A stretch of 64,000 bases of DNA from the human T2T-CHM13v2.0 reference genome, Homo sapiens, in NCBI RefSeq assembly GCF_009914755.1, contig NC_060927.1, one strand, 5' to 3'. The position numbers were made by a program, and so were the translations under genes. Below, piece after piece: positions 1-15,787 of the stretch (the stretch's first letter is position 1; every line of letters begins with the position of its first letter). Under the pieces are notes generated by a model, which did not search any database, was not told the DNA's origin, and saw nothing but the letters and a program-made list of their open reading frames with translations.

Positions 1-143
<143 letters not shown>

Positions 144-224
144 AAGAAAGTGACTTTCGTCAGGCTTCTTCCAGACTGCTGCCGAGAGAATGGCAGACGA
201 AAGGCATCTCTGGAACTGGACTGT

Positions 225-410
225 CCCAATTCAGATCTGGGCTCCACCACCAACCAGAGTGACCTTGGCATATCACTGAATCCCAGGACCTGAGTTTCTT
301 CACCTGTAAAATAACAATAAGAAAAGTACCTACCTCGTAGGGTTTTTGAGATCATTAAATGAGATGATCCATGCTAAGTACCTGTAACAGTGGCTGGCAC
401 ATGGTTATTA
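225..410 (+). mobile_element. MIR SINE
   Basis: MIR core: gtgaccttggc...gtttcttcacctgtaaaat...gtacctacctcgtaggg...ttaaatgagat...ggctggcacat. Confidence 0.8.
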
Positions 411-1492
411 CACGATCGATAAAGCGAGCCGCTGCAGCAGGGGAGGGAGGGTTGTCGCATCTGAGAAAACGTAAACCAGCGTTTTTCCCCTGTGCTGTGA
501 ACGGTCACCATGTTGTTTCTTTTTAATTGTGGTATCGAAGGGCTTGGGTTTTTAAGGTTATTTTTCACTGAGCCTTTCAGTCTGTCTCTGTGGCCTCAAG
601 CACTCGCCTCCCTTAGAACTGCTCATTCTAGGGTCATGACTACTACTCTAAATGAATCTCCTGCAGAGACTTTCTGCCACATTTTCCCCTCCTCTCTCTA
701 GGCAGCTTAGCAACTTGTCTGCCTGTTGTAGTATTTCATTACCTAATTCATTATTAGCTGGGACCTACTGAGAGTTTTGAGGCATTGGAGAATGAGGGTC
801 TATGAAGAGTCAGGTTCAATCTGAGAGCAAACTGTGTTGTGGATGGGAATTTAGAAAAGGTATTTCCTGGTTGCAGAGGGGAAGGAGGTGTGTGGCTTTT
901 CCTTTATCTCTGAAGCCAAACTTTGATTTAGGCAAAACTTTTAACTATTAAGGACCTCCAGTGTGAAACAGCTTAGATGGTGGCAAAAGACTGGCTGAGG
1001 CTATAAGAGATACAGGGAAAGATTTGAAAGTGAGGTGGAGGACAGGCAGGGAGAAAAGGTGGAAATATGCTTCTCAGTCCACTCGTCCTACTCCATCTCC
1101 ACCTTCATTGCCACCAGAAATTTGCAGAAGCGCCTGTAGGAGGCTTCTAGAATACCGAAAAGACATGATCGCATTACGAATTATACAAAGTGGCCCGTGT
1201 CTCTCGCAAACTAGGTTTGATCTTCTCATGTGTTAGTGTAGAAAGATAATTAGGAAAGGAAGTGTTAGGGTTTTGATTTCAGGATCTTAGTAATTGTAGA
1301 GAGTAAGAAACGAACAAGCCGAGCTCAGGCTTCTGTGACTGTCCGTGTCTTCAAGTATGATTTGGAAGGCTTCGTGTCCAGTATCCCTAGGAGTAGTACC
1401 ATCCCTGTTCTTGAGAACTTGCCCTGTAGGGTGGCAGTGGATCATGGTTGTTTTCCTATATCAGAGCTTGATATGTTTGTTAAGAGGTCTGT

Positions 1493-1790
<298 letters not shown>

Positions 1791-2659
1791 AGAGGTCTGT
1801 GGATCCTGAAAGCCCTGATTTGTTTTCTTCCTTCCAGCGGATGTAGTTACTGCTCCCACTTCCACATCTGTGAGTCACTGAGCTTTGCAATGTGCTGGCA
1901 CCCCATGTTAGCCCAACACTCCTCTCCCTGGGGCTCTCAGAGATCATCAGGACCTCGTTTTCCACAGGATTTCCTTTAATGCTGAGTACTACAAGGTCAT
2001 TTCCAGGGTTGCCACTGTTTCTTCCTCTCGTATTCACTACAGTTTAATTTTTAGCTCTTAACACTGGACTTTGTTACATGGGAAGAAAGAAATTTGCTCT
2101 AACAGACAGCAGCAAATGCATTTTTCCTTCTCTTCCAGTTGGAAAATCACTCCTAACCAGTTTTATCCTTGGGGAGGTTTAGTGGTCTGAGAATACTTTT
2201 ATGTTTTTGGAGTGAACAGAGATTATGTTCATATTTGGTTGCTTCCCCTTTATTTTTTGTCTGACCTTAATTTGGCATCTGTAGACGGAAACTGTTACTT
2301 ATCTTCAGGGCTGCCATGTATCTTTGTGACATTGCCCCTAATTTGCTTCTGAATATGCAGTAAAAGATAAAAGCCATGATTAGGCTCAGTAAACATTACT
2401 GTTTTTCTTGAAACTTTCATGCCCTAAATGCCTGTTAATCTCATGGTGCCCACCTCTTCCCTGGATGGTGGAGTGTGGCCTGAGGTGGCATTGCCCTTTG
2501 ATCAATTGGAACATAGACTCAGAGGAGAGATGTGACCTCCTCAGGTTATACAGGGAGCTGGTAACAGGATTGGAGCCCATGTTTCCTGATTTCATCCCAT
2601 TGTTCTTTCTAGGGGGACACTTCTCTCTGGGAGTATAAACAACACAATTGCAGTAATTA

Positions 2660-2830
2660 CTGCCATTGATTGAACATCAAATAGATGCCAAGCCCATACA
2701 TTATGTCTAATTTTCACAACAATTCTGCAAAGTAGAGTTTTACAGATAAAGAAACTGAGACTGAGAGAAGCTAAATTCCTTGCCCAGAGCCACTCACCTA
2801 GTCTTGGGCAGAGTCCAGATTGAGCCCAAG
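2660..2830 (-). mobile_element. MIR SINE
   Basis: ttttacagataaagaaactgagactgagagaagctaaattccttgcccag matches reverse MIR core. Confidence 0.7.
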
Positions 2831-3639
2831 TGTGTCAGAGCCCTGCCCTGTGTTCTTACTGCATGGCGAGGGTTGGTCACAACGCCAGTGATAAATAGTA
2901 AGAAATCAGAAATCTGCATGCCGGCCCTCCCATCCCTTCATTTGATCAGCACATGATGACTCTGTGGCTGCTCTGTGCAAGCACAGTACTGGGCACTGGT
3001 GAGCAAGACAGAGGGAGCTGACCTTAGCAGCTCTCATTTCCATAAAGTTTTCCCTCTCACACTCGGCATACCCTCTCCTGCACATCCCCCAACCTCCTTC
3101 ATTACCCAGTTTTGCCTGTGCACGTTGCTCTGATGTCCCCTTCCTTTCTGTTTCTGTAGCCACATCAGGACGAGGGCCACATGATGTTGCTTCTTGGAGA
3201 CTGGCTCTGTGCGCAGTACCTGCGGGCCTTCCTGTGCTCTCTAGTTAGTAGCGCTCAGTGAGAACTTGCAGAGTCCCGTGCATCTGCTATGTGTTCTGTG
3301 TGCATTACCTTCTTGAATCTTCATAGCCACTTTATGTGATGTAGCTATAGTCATTATCCCCATGTGAGCAAAAACAAACAAACAAGCAAAAAGTACCCAA
3401 CTCGGAGAACTTGCCTAAGATTATGCTGCTAGTAATTGCTAAAGCCAGGGTTTGGGCTTAGGCTGATGAACTCTGCAGTGCAGGCTCTTACCCACCAACC
3501 TGTGCAGTGCAGACGCTTGGGACAGGTTCATGATATAGGGCAAAGAAAAACGTCCTTTTACCAATCTTATACATAAACAAAAACACTTCTGAAATCAACT
3601 TTTAACTATGGGTATCTCTGAATTGTAAGAAAAGCTAGC

Positions 3640-3850
3640 GTATACTGAGCCCTCGCCTGGTACTAGACAGGCGACACTTTAAATATATATCTCATTTAAT
3701 TTTTGGTAATCTCAAAAGGTAAGCATTACCCCTTCCTTCCCACAGGTGAGGCAATTGAGGCTTAGAGAAGTGAGGTGACTTGCCTAAAGTTACGTAGCAG
3801 GTTACTGTCAGAACTAGTATCCAGATTCTCCTCTGACTCCAAAGCTTATG
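3640..3850 (-). mobile_element. MIR SINE
   Basis: acaggtgaggcaattgaggcttagagaagtgaggtgacttgcctaaagttac matches reverse MIR core. Confidence 0.75.
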
Positions 3851-4484
3851 GCCGCCTCCCCCAGGATCCCATTTCTTCTCTCTGCATATGAGCTGGATCA
3901 GGTCCACTGAGAGAAGAACCGCAGTTTGGCAGGTCCCACCACAATAACAGGTGGAACAAAACATGGCTGCTGTAACAGCAGGCTAGACCGGCCCTTTTCC
4001 CAAAAGCAGCAGACGAATCTTGCAACCCCATAGGTGGCGACCAGCTTTATAATGAGACAGGGATGAGATTTTTAAATGACAGTGCGTCTCCTGTTACCAT
4101 GACAGAGAAAAGCGGTATCTTTGCTGGCCGTATGAAGTGATGGACATGGGAATGCAAGGCTGGAAGGAACTAACTAGCTCTGCATAATGGTGCCAAAGAG
4201 GGATCAAGAAACCTGAAAGGAACCTATACATACGGGACATTTGGAGACTCCATTGGGAAAAGGGTCCACAGACAGGTCAACCTGCAGCCACACCAAGGAG
4301 GGATCTTAGGGGACGTGCCGATTTCTAACTCATGTTCAGTATATATCTCACTAATAGCTGGTAGCGTGGATTGTTTTCAGGAGAATGAAGGAAGCACCAT
4401 GTTCTGCTTCAGCATCGTGTAGAGCAAGTTGAGAGGCTGCCTAGCCACGTGATGTTGTTAATCGTACTGGTTTTTATTTTTCAG

Positions 4485-4565
4485 GGAACCTCAGAACCTG
4501 TTCTGGATCCACAGCAAATCCAAGCATTTGATCAGCTTTGCCGTCTCTACCGAGGAAGCTCCAGG
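4485..4565 (+). CDS. VPS8: VPS8 (CORVET subunit) penultimate coding exon, 81 nt, GTSEPVLDPQQIQAFDQLCRLYRGSSR
   Basis: Acceptor tttttatttttcag|GGA and donor AGG|gtaatg; phase 0-0; open frame that splices in frame to the 7885 exon; peptide recognised from memory as the VPS8 C-terminus. Confidence 0.9.
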
Positions 4566-5429
4566 GTAATGTTTGCGTGGTTGTTTATATTTTTATTTCC
4601 CTATTTATAATTTACTGCTTTAGACAGGCAGTGTCTTGGAACCTCCCTCTAGCCTCCTTCTAGCCTGGAAGGTGCCCTGGCATCCCTGTTATGGCTACAT
4701 GGACAACAGACCCTGGCCCCAAGGAGCACTCAGAGCTTGGCAAAGAGAGCAAAGGAAGTAGAAAGCTGTCTGTCCCCTACGTACCATGAGCTGTGAGGAC
4801 ACAGAAGGGCCTCTGTGTTTGACCTCCCTACAGAGAGAGCAGGCCAGAAGGTTGATCCCAGGAGGGCTTTGCTTAGGATATGGATAGGTGCCCAATCTGT
4901 CCGAAGCCCTAGACCCTCCTGGGCATCTGCACTGGTTGAATTAGTTTTGGCCATGAAAGACAAATGCAAAGTAGTAGTGGTTTAAGCAAGAGAGAAGTGT
5001 AAATGCAGCCAGCCAGGGCACATCCACGTACCTCCCTTCAGCTTTCTTCTGTCCTGTGGCTCTGCCTTCCTTAGCACATGACTTAAACTCGTATGGTTCA
5101 ACATGGTTGCTTCCACTTACCTCCACTGTCTAGAATTTAGACCCATGACCATACCTCACTGCAATGGAGACTGGGAAAATTGATTTTTATTCCAAAAGAC
5201 CTTGGGCTACAATTCTTGGTCTACTCTAACTGTGGAAGAAGAGTACAGACTGGAGGGCTTCTAGCAGTCACTGCCACCACATCAGACCGGGTGTCCCCCA
5301 GGCACTTTGGACATGTACTCATCGCTTTCTCGACCTGTTCTTCATGCCTGGTGCCTGCCTCAGGAATGATACCTCTGTCATCCAGCCACCTAGAGCAGAG
5401 ACCTGGCAGCACTAGGCTCACTCCTCACC

Positions 5430-5780
5430 TTCCTGCCACCTAACTGGGGACATCCTGTGGGATCTTGTCTACTAATCCCTCTTTTACCACTACCCCGGGT
5501 GGGGCCTCCTTATCACTCACGGAGGCCACTGCAGGTCTTCTGATTGGCTAGAAACCCTTCTGTCCCTTCTCCATGCTGCTGCCTGGCTACCCTTTCTAAA
5601 ACCAAGTATGTCATGTTACTCCCTTGCTTATAACACATTCTGGATCTCCACCACCTAAAGAATGAGTCCAAACCCTACCATCTTCTTCACTCCCCAAATC
5701 ACACCTCAATTCTAGGTGGTCCCATTTGTTCCTGAGCTTGTCTCGAGCTTGTGCAAACTGCTGTGTCCTCTGCTTCTCTA
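5430..5780 (+). mobile_element. L2 fragment (degenerate)
   Basis: ctttctaaaaccaagtatgtcatgttactcccttgcttataacacattc resembles the L2 3' consensus. Confidence 0.5.
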
Positions 5781-7884
5781 CCTGGGCCCCCTTCACGCAC
5801 TCCCCTTTCTTAGGCAGAACCTACTAGGTTACTTGGCAGCCGGAGGAAAGAGTGGTGCTCCTTCTTTGAGAGTTGGTGTGGGCAGAGGTTGTTATTCCAG
5901 GAAGTTTCTCTAGGGGTCTCCTGGATGCAGTCCAGCAGCTTTATTGAACTGGTCTCACCCCCATCCCTTTCCAGCCTCAGCTAAGCTCTGCCCCAGGAGT
6001 TGGGTTTCTGGGCCTTCCAAGGAGGTTCTTCTGCTTCAAACTGTTGAGCCCTTATTTAAGGCTCATTGATTTCCGGATCACAAAGTTACCAAAGTGGAAC
6101 ACAAAAATATCTGTTTTCCTGGGAAATAAATTTTTTTTTTTTTTTTTTGCAATTGATCTTCCCACCTCACAGTGTCAGGATGTGAAAGCATTGAGTTGAG
6201 CGTCTGTGGCTCATTCTATTCAAGGCATCATACATAACAGTCATTGCAGAGAACGTCGCAGGCTGATGGGCAACTGAGAGGGTTACAGAAGAAGGAAGTG
6301 GCACAAAGTGGACTCTTGGCCCCTGGAGTAGTGCTTGAGTCAGAGTTACTGAGTTGTGAATGAGACCATACATGTGTCTCTGGGCCAGGACCTGGACCAC
6401 TTTTGATAAATTGACACTTAGAACTTAGGGGCCTTCAGATGTCTTCCCAGTTACCACAGCCACTGGTACTGAGTTTTCCACAGAAGTGACACGTGGACAC
6501 ATGTGAGCTTGTGCCACCATTGCCTGTGTGAGGGAAAAACCCTTTGCCAGAGGTCGGAGGGCACCTCGAAGACATGGTGCCTGGCGGGTGAATCCCACAC
6601 CGCCACTCACTGCTGGTGACCGAGGGCAAGTCACTGTGTTGTGAAGGATGAGAAATAACACACATGTCAAGGATCTAGCAAAGTGCCTGTCATGGAAAGA
6701 CACTTGATACAGTCACCAGAGGTTGTTAGACATCCCCTCGGACTCCTGGAGTGTTTGGTAGACACAGACAGGGCTGCCCTGAGGAGTCTGATGGCCCGCT
6801 CGTCTCAGCTGTACACTCCCCATGGACCAGGCTTTCACCAGCCTCCATGTGAGCCTACGCAGGGTCCCTTAGAGTGTTGGTAGTGGACACGGTGGCCCAT
6901 CCCACAGGTCCCAACTACTGTTATTAGGGACCATTTTGACCTGGGCTCTGAGTTCTCCTTCACATTAGCTCTGTGGGGTGGAAGTTAACTCACAATGTTC
7001 TGGGAAGCAACAGGCAAAGACCCTAATCAGGCAGGAAGTCTAAGGACCTTGGGTGTAGAATTCGTCTCTCCTCTGACCATCAAGGGCACCTCAAGAGCCA
7101 GGCTGCCAGCTCCCTACTTTCGCAGAAAGCCTCTTTAGGTGAAAGGGATGGTCCCCCTGAGTGGCAGAGCACTGGCTTCCCAACAGGCCGACATTAGCAT
7201 CTCCTCCTACCCTTCTGTCCTCCTTGGCAGGTCTTCCAGAATTGAGCCACTGACAGAACGAGGGTACTGCTAGTGTCATTGGTGGGAATAAGGAAGCTGG
7301 GAGCAGGGAGGACTCACTTGAAGGAGAAGGTAGAATCCAGGGGTTCCACTCTGGAACCCCTGAGTTTGAGTTGGCAGCTGGGTGCCTGTTTGAGGCCTTC
7401 CAGGTTACAGAAGAGAGGTCAGAGCCAGTGGTCATAATTAGTCATTCACCCCGAGGAGAGTGCACCAAGATGGAGAGGGTGGAGCAAGCAGAGCTGAGAA
7501 CAGAGCTCCTCAGCCCAGGGCGCGTCCACAGGGAGAGAAGGGTGGCAGCAGGGCCATCCACAGCAGCTGGAGGAGCCCTCAGCACAGGGCCAGCCCAGGG
7601 TGGGAGAGCTCTCCAGTGCCAGGGAGAGCACAGTTTGAGTGCCCTTGGGAGCAAACCAGTCCAGTCTCATTATTGGATGAGGAAATTTAGACCCTAAAAA
7701 ATGAAGTGAACTTGCCCAAAGTCACACTGCTCGTTTGTGATATATGGACCTAAGATTCAAACCCTGCATGTTACTACTCCTGCAACACAGCACTGTCTCT
7801 CATGTATCTGAAGCAGTGGATTCAGGAGCCTCTCTTCCCTCTGCTCCCCACAAACCTTAGCTGATGTGTGTCCTTCCTTTGCAG

Positions 7885-8034
7885 CTGGCTCTCCTCACGG
7901 AACTCTCCCAGAATCGCAGCAGCGAGAGCTATAGGCCATTCAGTGGCTCGCAGAGTGCTCCTGCTTTCAACAGCATCTTCCAGAATGAGAACTTCCAGCT
8001 GCAGCTCATTCCTCCACCTGTGACTGAGGATTGA
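7885..8034 (+). CDS. VPS8: VPS8 last coding exon, LALLTELSQNRSSESYRPFSGSQSAPAFNSIFQNENFQLQLIPPPVTED*
   Basis: Acceptor tccttcctttgcag|CTG; 49 codons then TGA at 8032-8034, followed by a second TGA; peptide recognised from memory as the VPS8 C-terminus. Confidence 0.92.
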   Translation: MALLTELSQNRSSESYRPFSGSQSAPAFNSIFQNENFQLQLIPPPVTED

Positions 8035-8615
8035 TGACTCCATGGAGCCTGGCCCAGGAGAACCAGAGATGATCCCGAGGCAGCTGGGGAGAGGCCCCGC
8101 CTCTGGTGGGCTTGGCCTCCACCACCTCCCATGCTTCTGAGAAGAGGTTCCAAATTGGGCTCCTGTGCCCAGAGCGTCCACAGCACCATTCCCAGTGTAG
8201 ACTCCCAGTCTTCTCCACATTGCTGTCATGGCGTCAGTTCACCAGACTCATTGATTTTGTTTTGCTTGTTAAGCAAAGGAATGTCACATACCTCTGTCCA
8301 GCTTTTTAGGAAATACATTTCGCCTATTGCGACTTTTTCCATTTACCCTGAAGCCTAGAAAGTAGGTGGAACTCACACAAATGGCATTCCAGAGTCTGCC
8401 ATACTCCGTCTCCTCCAGCTGCTGGATAATACAGAGGAACTTCAACTTCTACAGGGAACAGTGGTTGGCCAGGCTGCAGTATAACTGAAGCATGCCTTGG
8501 AGAGAGCAGACACTGTGGGGGCCAGGGCCATCTCCCTTTAATGTGTTCATGTTAAAACCTATTTGAGTGTAAGACTTGCCCTTTCTAACAATAAATGCTC
8601 TGTGTTTAAGTTCTG
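8035..8615 (+). other. VPS8: VPS8 3'UTR (end approximate)
   Basis: Lies between the stop codon and AATAAA at 8590; cleavage site inferred about 20 nt downstream. Confidence 0.75.
8590..8595 (+). terminator. VPS8 polyadenylation signal AATAAA
   Basis: Canonical hexamer about 560 nt after the stop, followed by GT-rich tgtgttt. Confidence 0.8.
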
Positions 8616-9023
8616 CAGGTCTCCTGGCTGGCTGGCTGGCTCTCAGTCTGTCAAGTCATGGAGGACATTTCGAGCCCTGTTGTCACAATTTTATTAGCTC
8701 AAAGTCAGGAATCCTGCCTGTGACAACCCTCCTTAATTCAGATAAGCAGCTCCATTGTCAGCTGTATTCAGAGCAGCCCAGCCACCCACATGCTCCCGTG
8801 ACAGGCGCTGGGCTGCCAAAGAGAATAGTACTTACTCAGTTTTTGGCCATGGGACTTCGTATATCATTGAACCAACTGCCACAGGAGGTCGCCACACCCA
8901 GACACCTAGGTTTCTACCTTACATACTCAGATGATCCTTTTCTCAGTGCAATGGAATTGTCAGGCTCTCATGGACTGATACTAACCAAACCCACAGGAAA
9001 TAGATACATAAACTAGGTAGAAA

Positions 9024-9318
<295 letters not shown>

Positions 9319-10045
9319 AATAGAAATTTTTAACTCTTAAATAGAAAATCTTGTTTCTGCCATGTACTACGTATAATCAACAAATCAGTTAACCTCTCTA
9401 AGCCTCTGTTTCTTTATAAACAGAACTGTTATGAAGAGGAAATAATACATGTAAACGTTTGCTATGTGCCATTCAGGCACATGGCAAATACCCCAGAAAT
9501 GCTAGCTTAGCTTTTATTATATAACTTCTCCCAAGACCTGGGCTACAAGGGTACTGCTTCCTGATGAAGGTGTCAGGAGATAAAATTGAGGGAAGTGGTT
9601 GAACCATTTAAGTCATCATTGCTTGGATGCCTGCCGCAGCTATATGACAGTCTCAACCCCAGCCGACAGATGAGAAAGCTGAGGCTCAGAGGTGATAAGT
9701 AATTTCACCAAGGTAACCTACCAAAGAGGTAGCAGAGCAGGTGGAATTCAGAGTTGTGATTCCAGAGCCAGTGATGCTACCTGCCCCAAGTTATGTATCA
9801 AAAGGTTTCTCATTGAGCCTAAAATAAGGCCAAAGGAACTTGATGTTCTCAAAGCAAAACTCAATTATTCCTTTTCTTCTTTTATAGTGTAAAGAACTAA
9901 GGCAAAGGAGTATTCAATATAAAAAAGCAAATTGTGACATCAAAAACATGAAATGTATGTGGGAAGGGTGAAGTAAAAGCAGAACTTTATGCAATCAAAA
10001 TAAAGTTGTAATAAGTTTAAAATAGCCTGTTATAACTAAGATGTT

Positions 10046-10351
<306 letters not shown>

Positions 10352-11515
10352 TTATGTAAGCCTGATGGTAACCACAAAGCAAGAAATTATAGTAGGTAGA
10401 TAAAAAGCAAGGAATAAAAAGTATACCACTAGAGAAAATCATCTAATCAGAAAGAAAGCAAGAGAGGAGGAAAGGAACAAAGGATCTACAAAACAATGAA
10501 CAAAATTGCAGTGGTAGGTCCTTACCTATCAATAATTACCTTGAATGTGAATAGATCAGATTTGCCAATCAAAAGACAGAGTGGCTGATTGGATTAAAAA
10601 TAAGATCTAACTATATGCTGCCTAAAAGAGACTCACTTCACCTTTAAGGACACACGTAGCTTGAAAATGAAAGATGGAAAAAGATATTCTGTGCAAAGGA
10701 AACCAAAAGAGAGCAGGAGTACCTGTACTTCAATAAAATAGACTTTAAGTCAAAAAGTGTCAAGTGAGACAAAGTTATATAATAATAAAGGGGTGGATTC
10801 ATCTAGAACATAAAACAGTTGTAAATATATATGCACCCAACATCAGAGCACCCAAGTCTATAAAGCAAATATTAATAGAGCTGAAGAGAGAAATAAACTG
10901 AAATACAATAATAGGGGACTTCAACAATGATTTTCCAGACAGAGAATCAATAGAGAAACACTGGATTTGAATTACACATTAGACCAAATGGACCTAACAA
11001 ACATACACAGAACATTCCATTCAACAGCATGAGAATACACGTTTTTCTCAAGTGCACATTGAACATTCTCCTGGATAGACCATATTTAAGCCACAAAACA
11101 AGTCTTAACAAATTTAAGATTGAAAATCATAACAGTATCTTTTCTGACCACAATAGTATGAAACTAGAAATCAGTAATAGGAATTTTAAGGAATTCACAA
11201 ATCTGTGGAAATTAAACAACATGTTCCTAAAGAACATGGGTCAAAGAAGAAATACAAAAATTTTTAAATATCTGGAGACAAATGAAGATGGAAATATCCC
11301 ATACAAATATCATTTATGGTATGTGGCAAAAGCAGTTTTAAGAGGAAAGTGTATAGCAATGAAGTCCTACATCAAGAAAGAAGAAAAACTCCAAATAACC
11401 TATTGGCATAACAACCTAAAGAACTATAAAAAGAACAGACTAAGCCTAGAGTTAGTAAGAGGAAGAAAATAATAAAGATCAAAGCAGAAATAAATGAAAT
11501 AGAGACTAGCACTAG

Positions 11516-11851
<336 letters not shown>

Positions 11852-12372
11852 AAAAGTTGGTTTTTTGGAAGGATAAACAAAATCAATAAACCTTTAACTA
11901 GACTAAGAAAAGAAGAAGACTCAAAATCAGAAATGAAAGATAAGACATTACAACTGTAAAAAGGATCATAAGAGACGACTGTGGACAAGCACATACACGA
12001 ACAAATTGGATAGCCTAGGAAAAATAGATAAATTCCAAGACACATATACCACCTACCAAGACTAAATCATGAAGAAATAGAAAACCCAAACAGAACAATA
12101 ACAAATAATTAGATTGTATCAGTAATTTAAAAGTCTCCCAACAAAGGGAAGTCCAGAACCAAATGGCTTCTCCACGGAGTTCTACGTACCATTTATAAAA
12201 TAATTAGTACCAATTCTTCTCAAACTATTCCAAAAAATTGAAGTAGAGGGAACTCTTCCTAACCCATTTTACAAAGCCAGCCTAACCCTGACACCAAAAA
12301 CAGCAAGGACACTATAAAAAGAAGAAAATTGTAGGCCAATATCCCTTATGAACATAGCTGCAAAAATCCTCA

Positions 12373-12702
<330 letters not shown>

Positions 12703-13440
12703 CTAGTTAACTAAATCCAACAATACATCAAAAAGATTATAAAGATAATACACCATGATCAAGTGGGATGTATCACAAGAATACAAGGATGGCTCAACAT
12801 ATGCCAATCAATATACATGATACATGACATCAATAGCATGAAAGACAAAAACTATATGATCATCTCAATACCTGCAGAAAAATCATTTGATAAAATTCAA
12901 TATCCTTTCATGATAAAAAAAAAAAACTCTCAATAAGTTAGGTATAGAAAGAAAGTACCTCAACACAATTAAGGACGTGTATGGCAGACTCACAGCTAAC
13001 ATCATACTGAACGAGGAAAGACTGAAAGGTTTTCCTCCAAGAAATGGAACAAGACAGGGATGCCTACTCTTACTACTCTTATTCAACATAGTATGGAAGT
13101 CCTAGCCAGAGCAGTCAGGCAAGAGAAAAGAGGAAGTCAAATTGTCACTCTTTGCAGACAACATGATCTTAGAAAAACCTAAAGACTCTTATCAAAAAAC
13201 TCATAGAACTGATAAATGAATTCAGTAAAGTTGCAGGACACAAAATCAACATGCAAAAATCAGTAGTGTTTCTCTAATAACACTAGCTGAATAACCAATA
13301 ACAAACTAGCTGAAAAATAAATCAAGACAATCCCATTTACAACAGCTACAAAAAATAAAAACAATCTAGGAATAAATTTAACCAAGGAGGTGACGGGTCT
13401 GTACAACGAAAACTAGAAAACACTGATTAAAGAAATTGGA

Positions 13441-13945
<505 letters not shown>

Positions 13946-14526
13946 CTAAGCAAAAAGAACAAAGTTGGAGGCTCACACTACCAGACTTCAGAATATACTA
14001 CAAAGTTATAGTAACCAAACAGCATGGCACCAGCATAAGAATATACATAGACAGAATAGAGAACCTAGAAATCAATCCATGTATGTGATTTTTGACAAAG
14101 CCAACTGATTTTTGACAAAGACACCACATACACTTATTGGGAAAAGGACACCCTCTTCAGTAAATGATGCTGAGAAAACTGGATAGTCATAGGTAGAAGA
14201 AAGAAACTAGACCCCACCTCTCACTCTATACAAAAATCAACTCAAAATGGATCAAAGACCTAAATGTAAGATCCAAAACTATAAAGCTACTGGAAGAAAA
14301 CATAGGAGAAACACTTCAGGACATTGATCTGAGAATAGATTTTATGACTAAGTCCTCAAAAGCACAGGCAATAAAAGCAAAAATAAATAGGATTATTTCA
14401 AACTAAAAAGCTTCTGCACAGCAAAGGAAATAATCAACAGAGTGAAAAGACAGCCTACAGAATGGAAGAAAATATTTGCCAACTGTTCATCCAACAGGAG
14501 TTGAATATCTATATCCAGAATATATA

Positions 14527-14830
14527 GGCAAGGCGTGGTGGCTCACGCCTGTAATCCCAGCACTTTGGGAGGCTGAGGTGGGTGGATCACTTGAGTCCAG
14601 GATTTTGAGACCAATATGGTGAAATGCTGTCTCTACAAAAAAAATACAAAAAGTTTGCCAGGCATTGTGGTGTGTCCCTGCAATCCCAGCTATTCAGAAG
14701 GCTGAGGTGGGCAGATCACCTGAGTCTAGGAGGTTGAGGCTGCAGTGGGCCGTGATCATGCCACTGCACTCCAGCCTGGGTGACACAGTGAGGCCCTGCA
14801 TCCAAAAAAAAAAAAGAAAGAAAAAAGGAA
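14527..14830 (+). mobile_element. AluJ-like inserted in L1
   Basis: Alu dimer with gccgtgatcatgccactg and A-rich tail. Confidence 0.9.
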
Positions 14831-15787
14831 AAGAATATACAAGAAACATGTCAACAGAAAAAAAAATTTGTAATGAGCAAATAATATGAACAGGGATTTC
14901 TCAAAAGAAGACATATATAGCCACAGATAGATGATGAAATGCTCAATATCACTAATCATCAGGGAAATGCAAATCAAAACCACAGTGTGGTATCATCTCA
15001 CTCCAGGATGACTATGATCAAAAAGACAAAAAATATCAAATGCTGGCAAGGAAAGATGTGGAGAAAAGGGAACTCTTATACACTGTCGGGAATGTAAACT
15101 AGCACAGCCACTATGGAGAACAGTATAGAGGTTCCTCAAAAAAACTACAAATAGAACTATCATATGATCCTGCAATCCCACAACGTGGCATTTATCCAAA
15201 GGAAAGGAAATCAGTATATTGAAGAGACATCTGCACCCTGATGTTTATTGCAGCATTATTAGCAATAGCCAAGATATGAAATCAACCTTAGGTGTCCAAT
15301 GACAGATGAATGGTTAAAGAAAATGTGGTATATATGCACAATGGAATATTAGCCGTGAAAAAGAATGAAATCCTGTGATTTACAGCAACACAGATGGATG
15401 GAGCTAGAAGACATTATGTTAAGTGAAATAAGGCAGGAACAGAATGTTTAACACCGCATGTTCTCACTCATATGTGGAAGCTAAAAAAGTTGATCTCATA
15501 GAAGTAAAAAGTAGAACAGAAGATACCAGAGACTGGGAAGGGTAGGGAGAAGAGGGGAATAGGGAGAGATTTTTTAAAGGATACAAAATAAATAGCAGGA
15601 GGAAAAAGTTCTAGTGTTCAGCACCACTGTAGGATGACTATAGTTAATAATGTAGTCTCAAATAGCTATAAGAAGGAAATTGGATATTCCCAAAACAAAG
15701 AAATGATAAATGTTTGAGATGATGGTTATGCTAATTACCCTGATCAGATCATTGCACATTATATGTATTGAAACATTACTATGTACC

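Noticed and set aside
7822-8229. 135 aa - strand ORF
   Set aside because: Antisense shadow of the VPS8 last exon and UTR
14086-14120. tgatttttgacaaag repeated 20 bp apart; similar micro-duplications near 16407 and 30729
   Set aside because: Ordinary slippage-scale duplications with no functional implication
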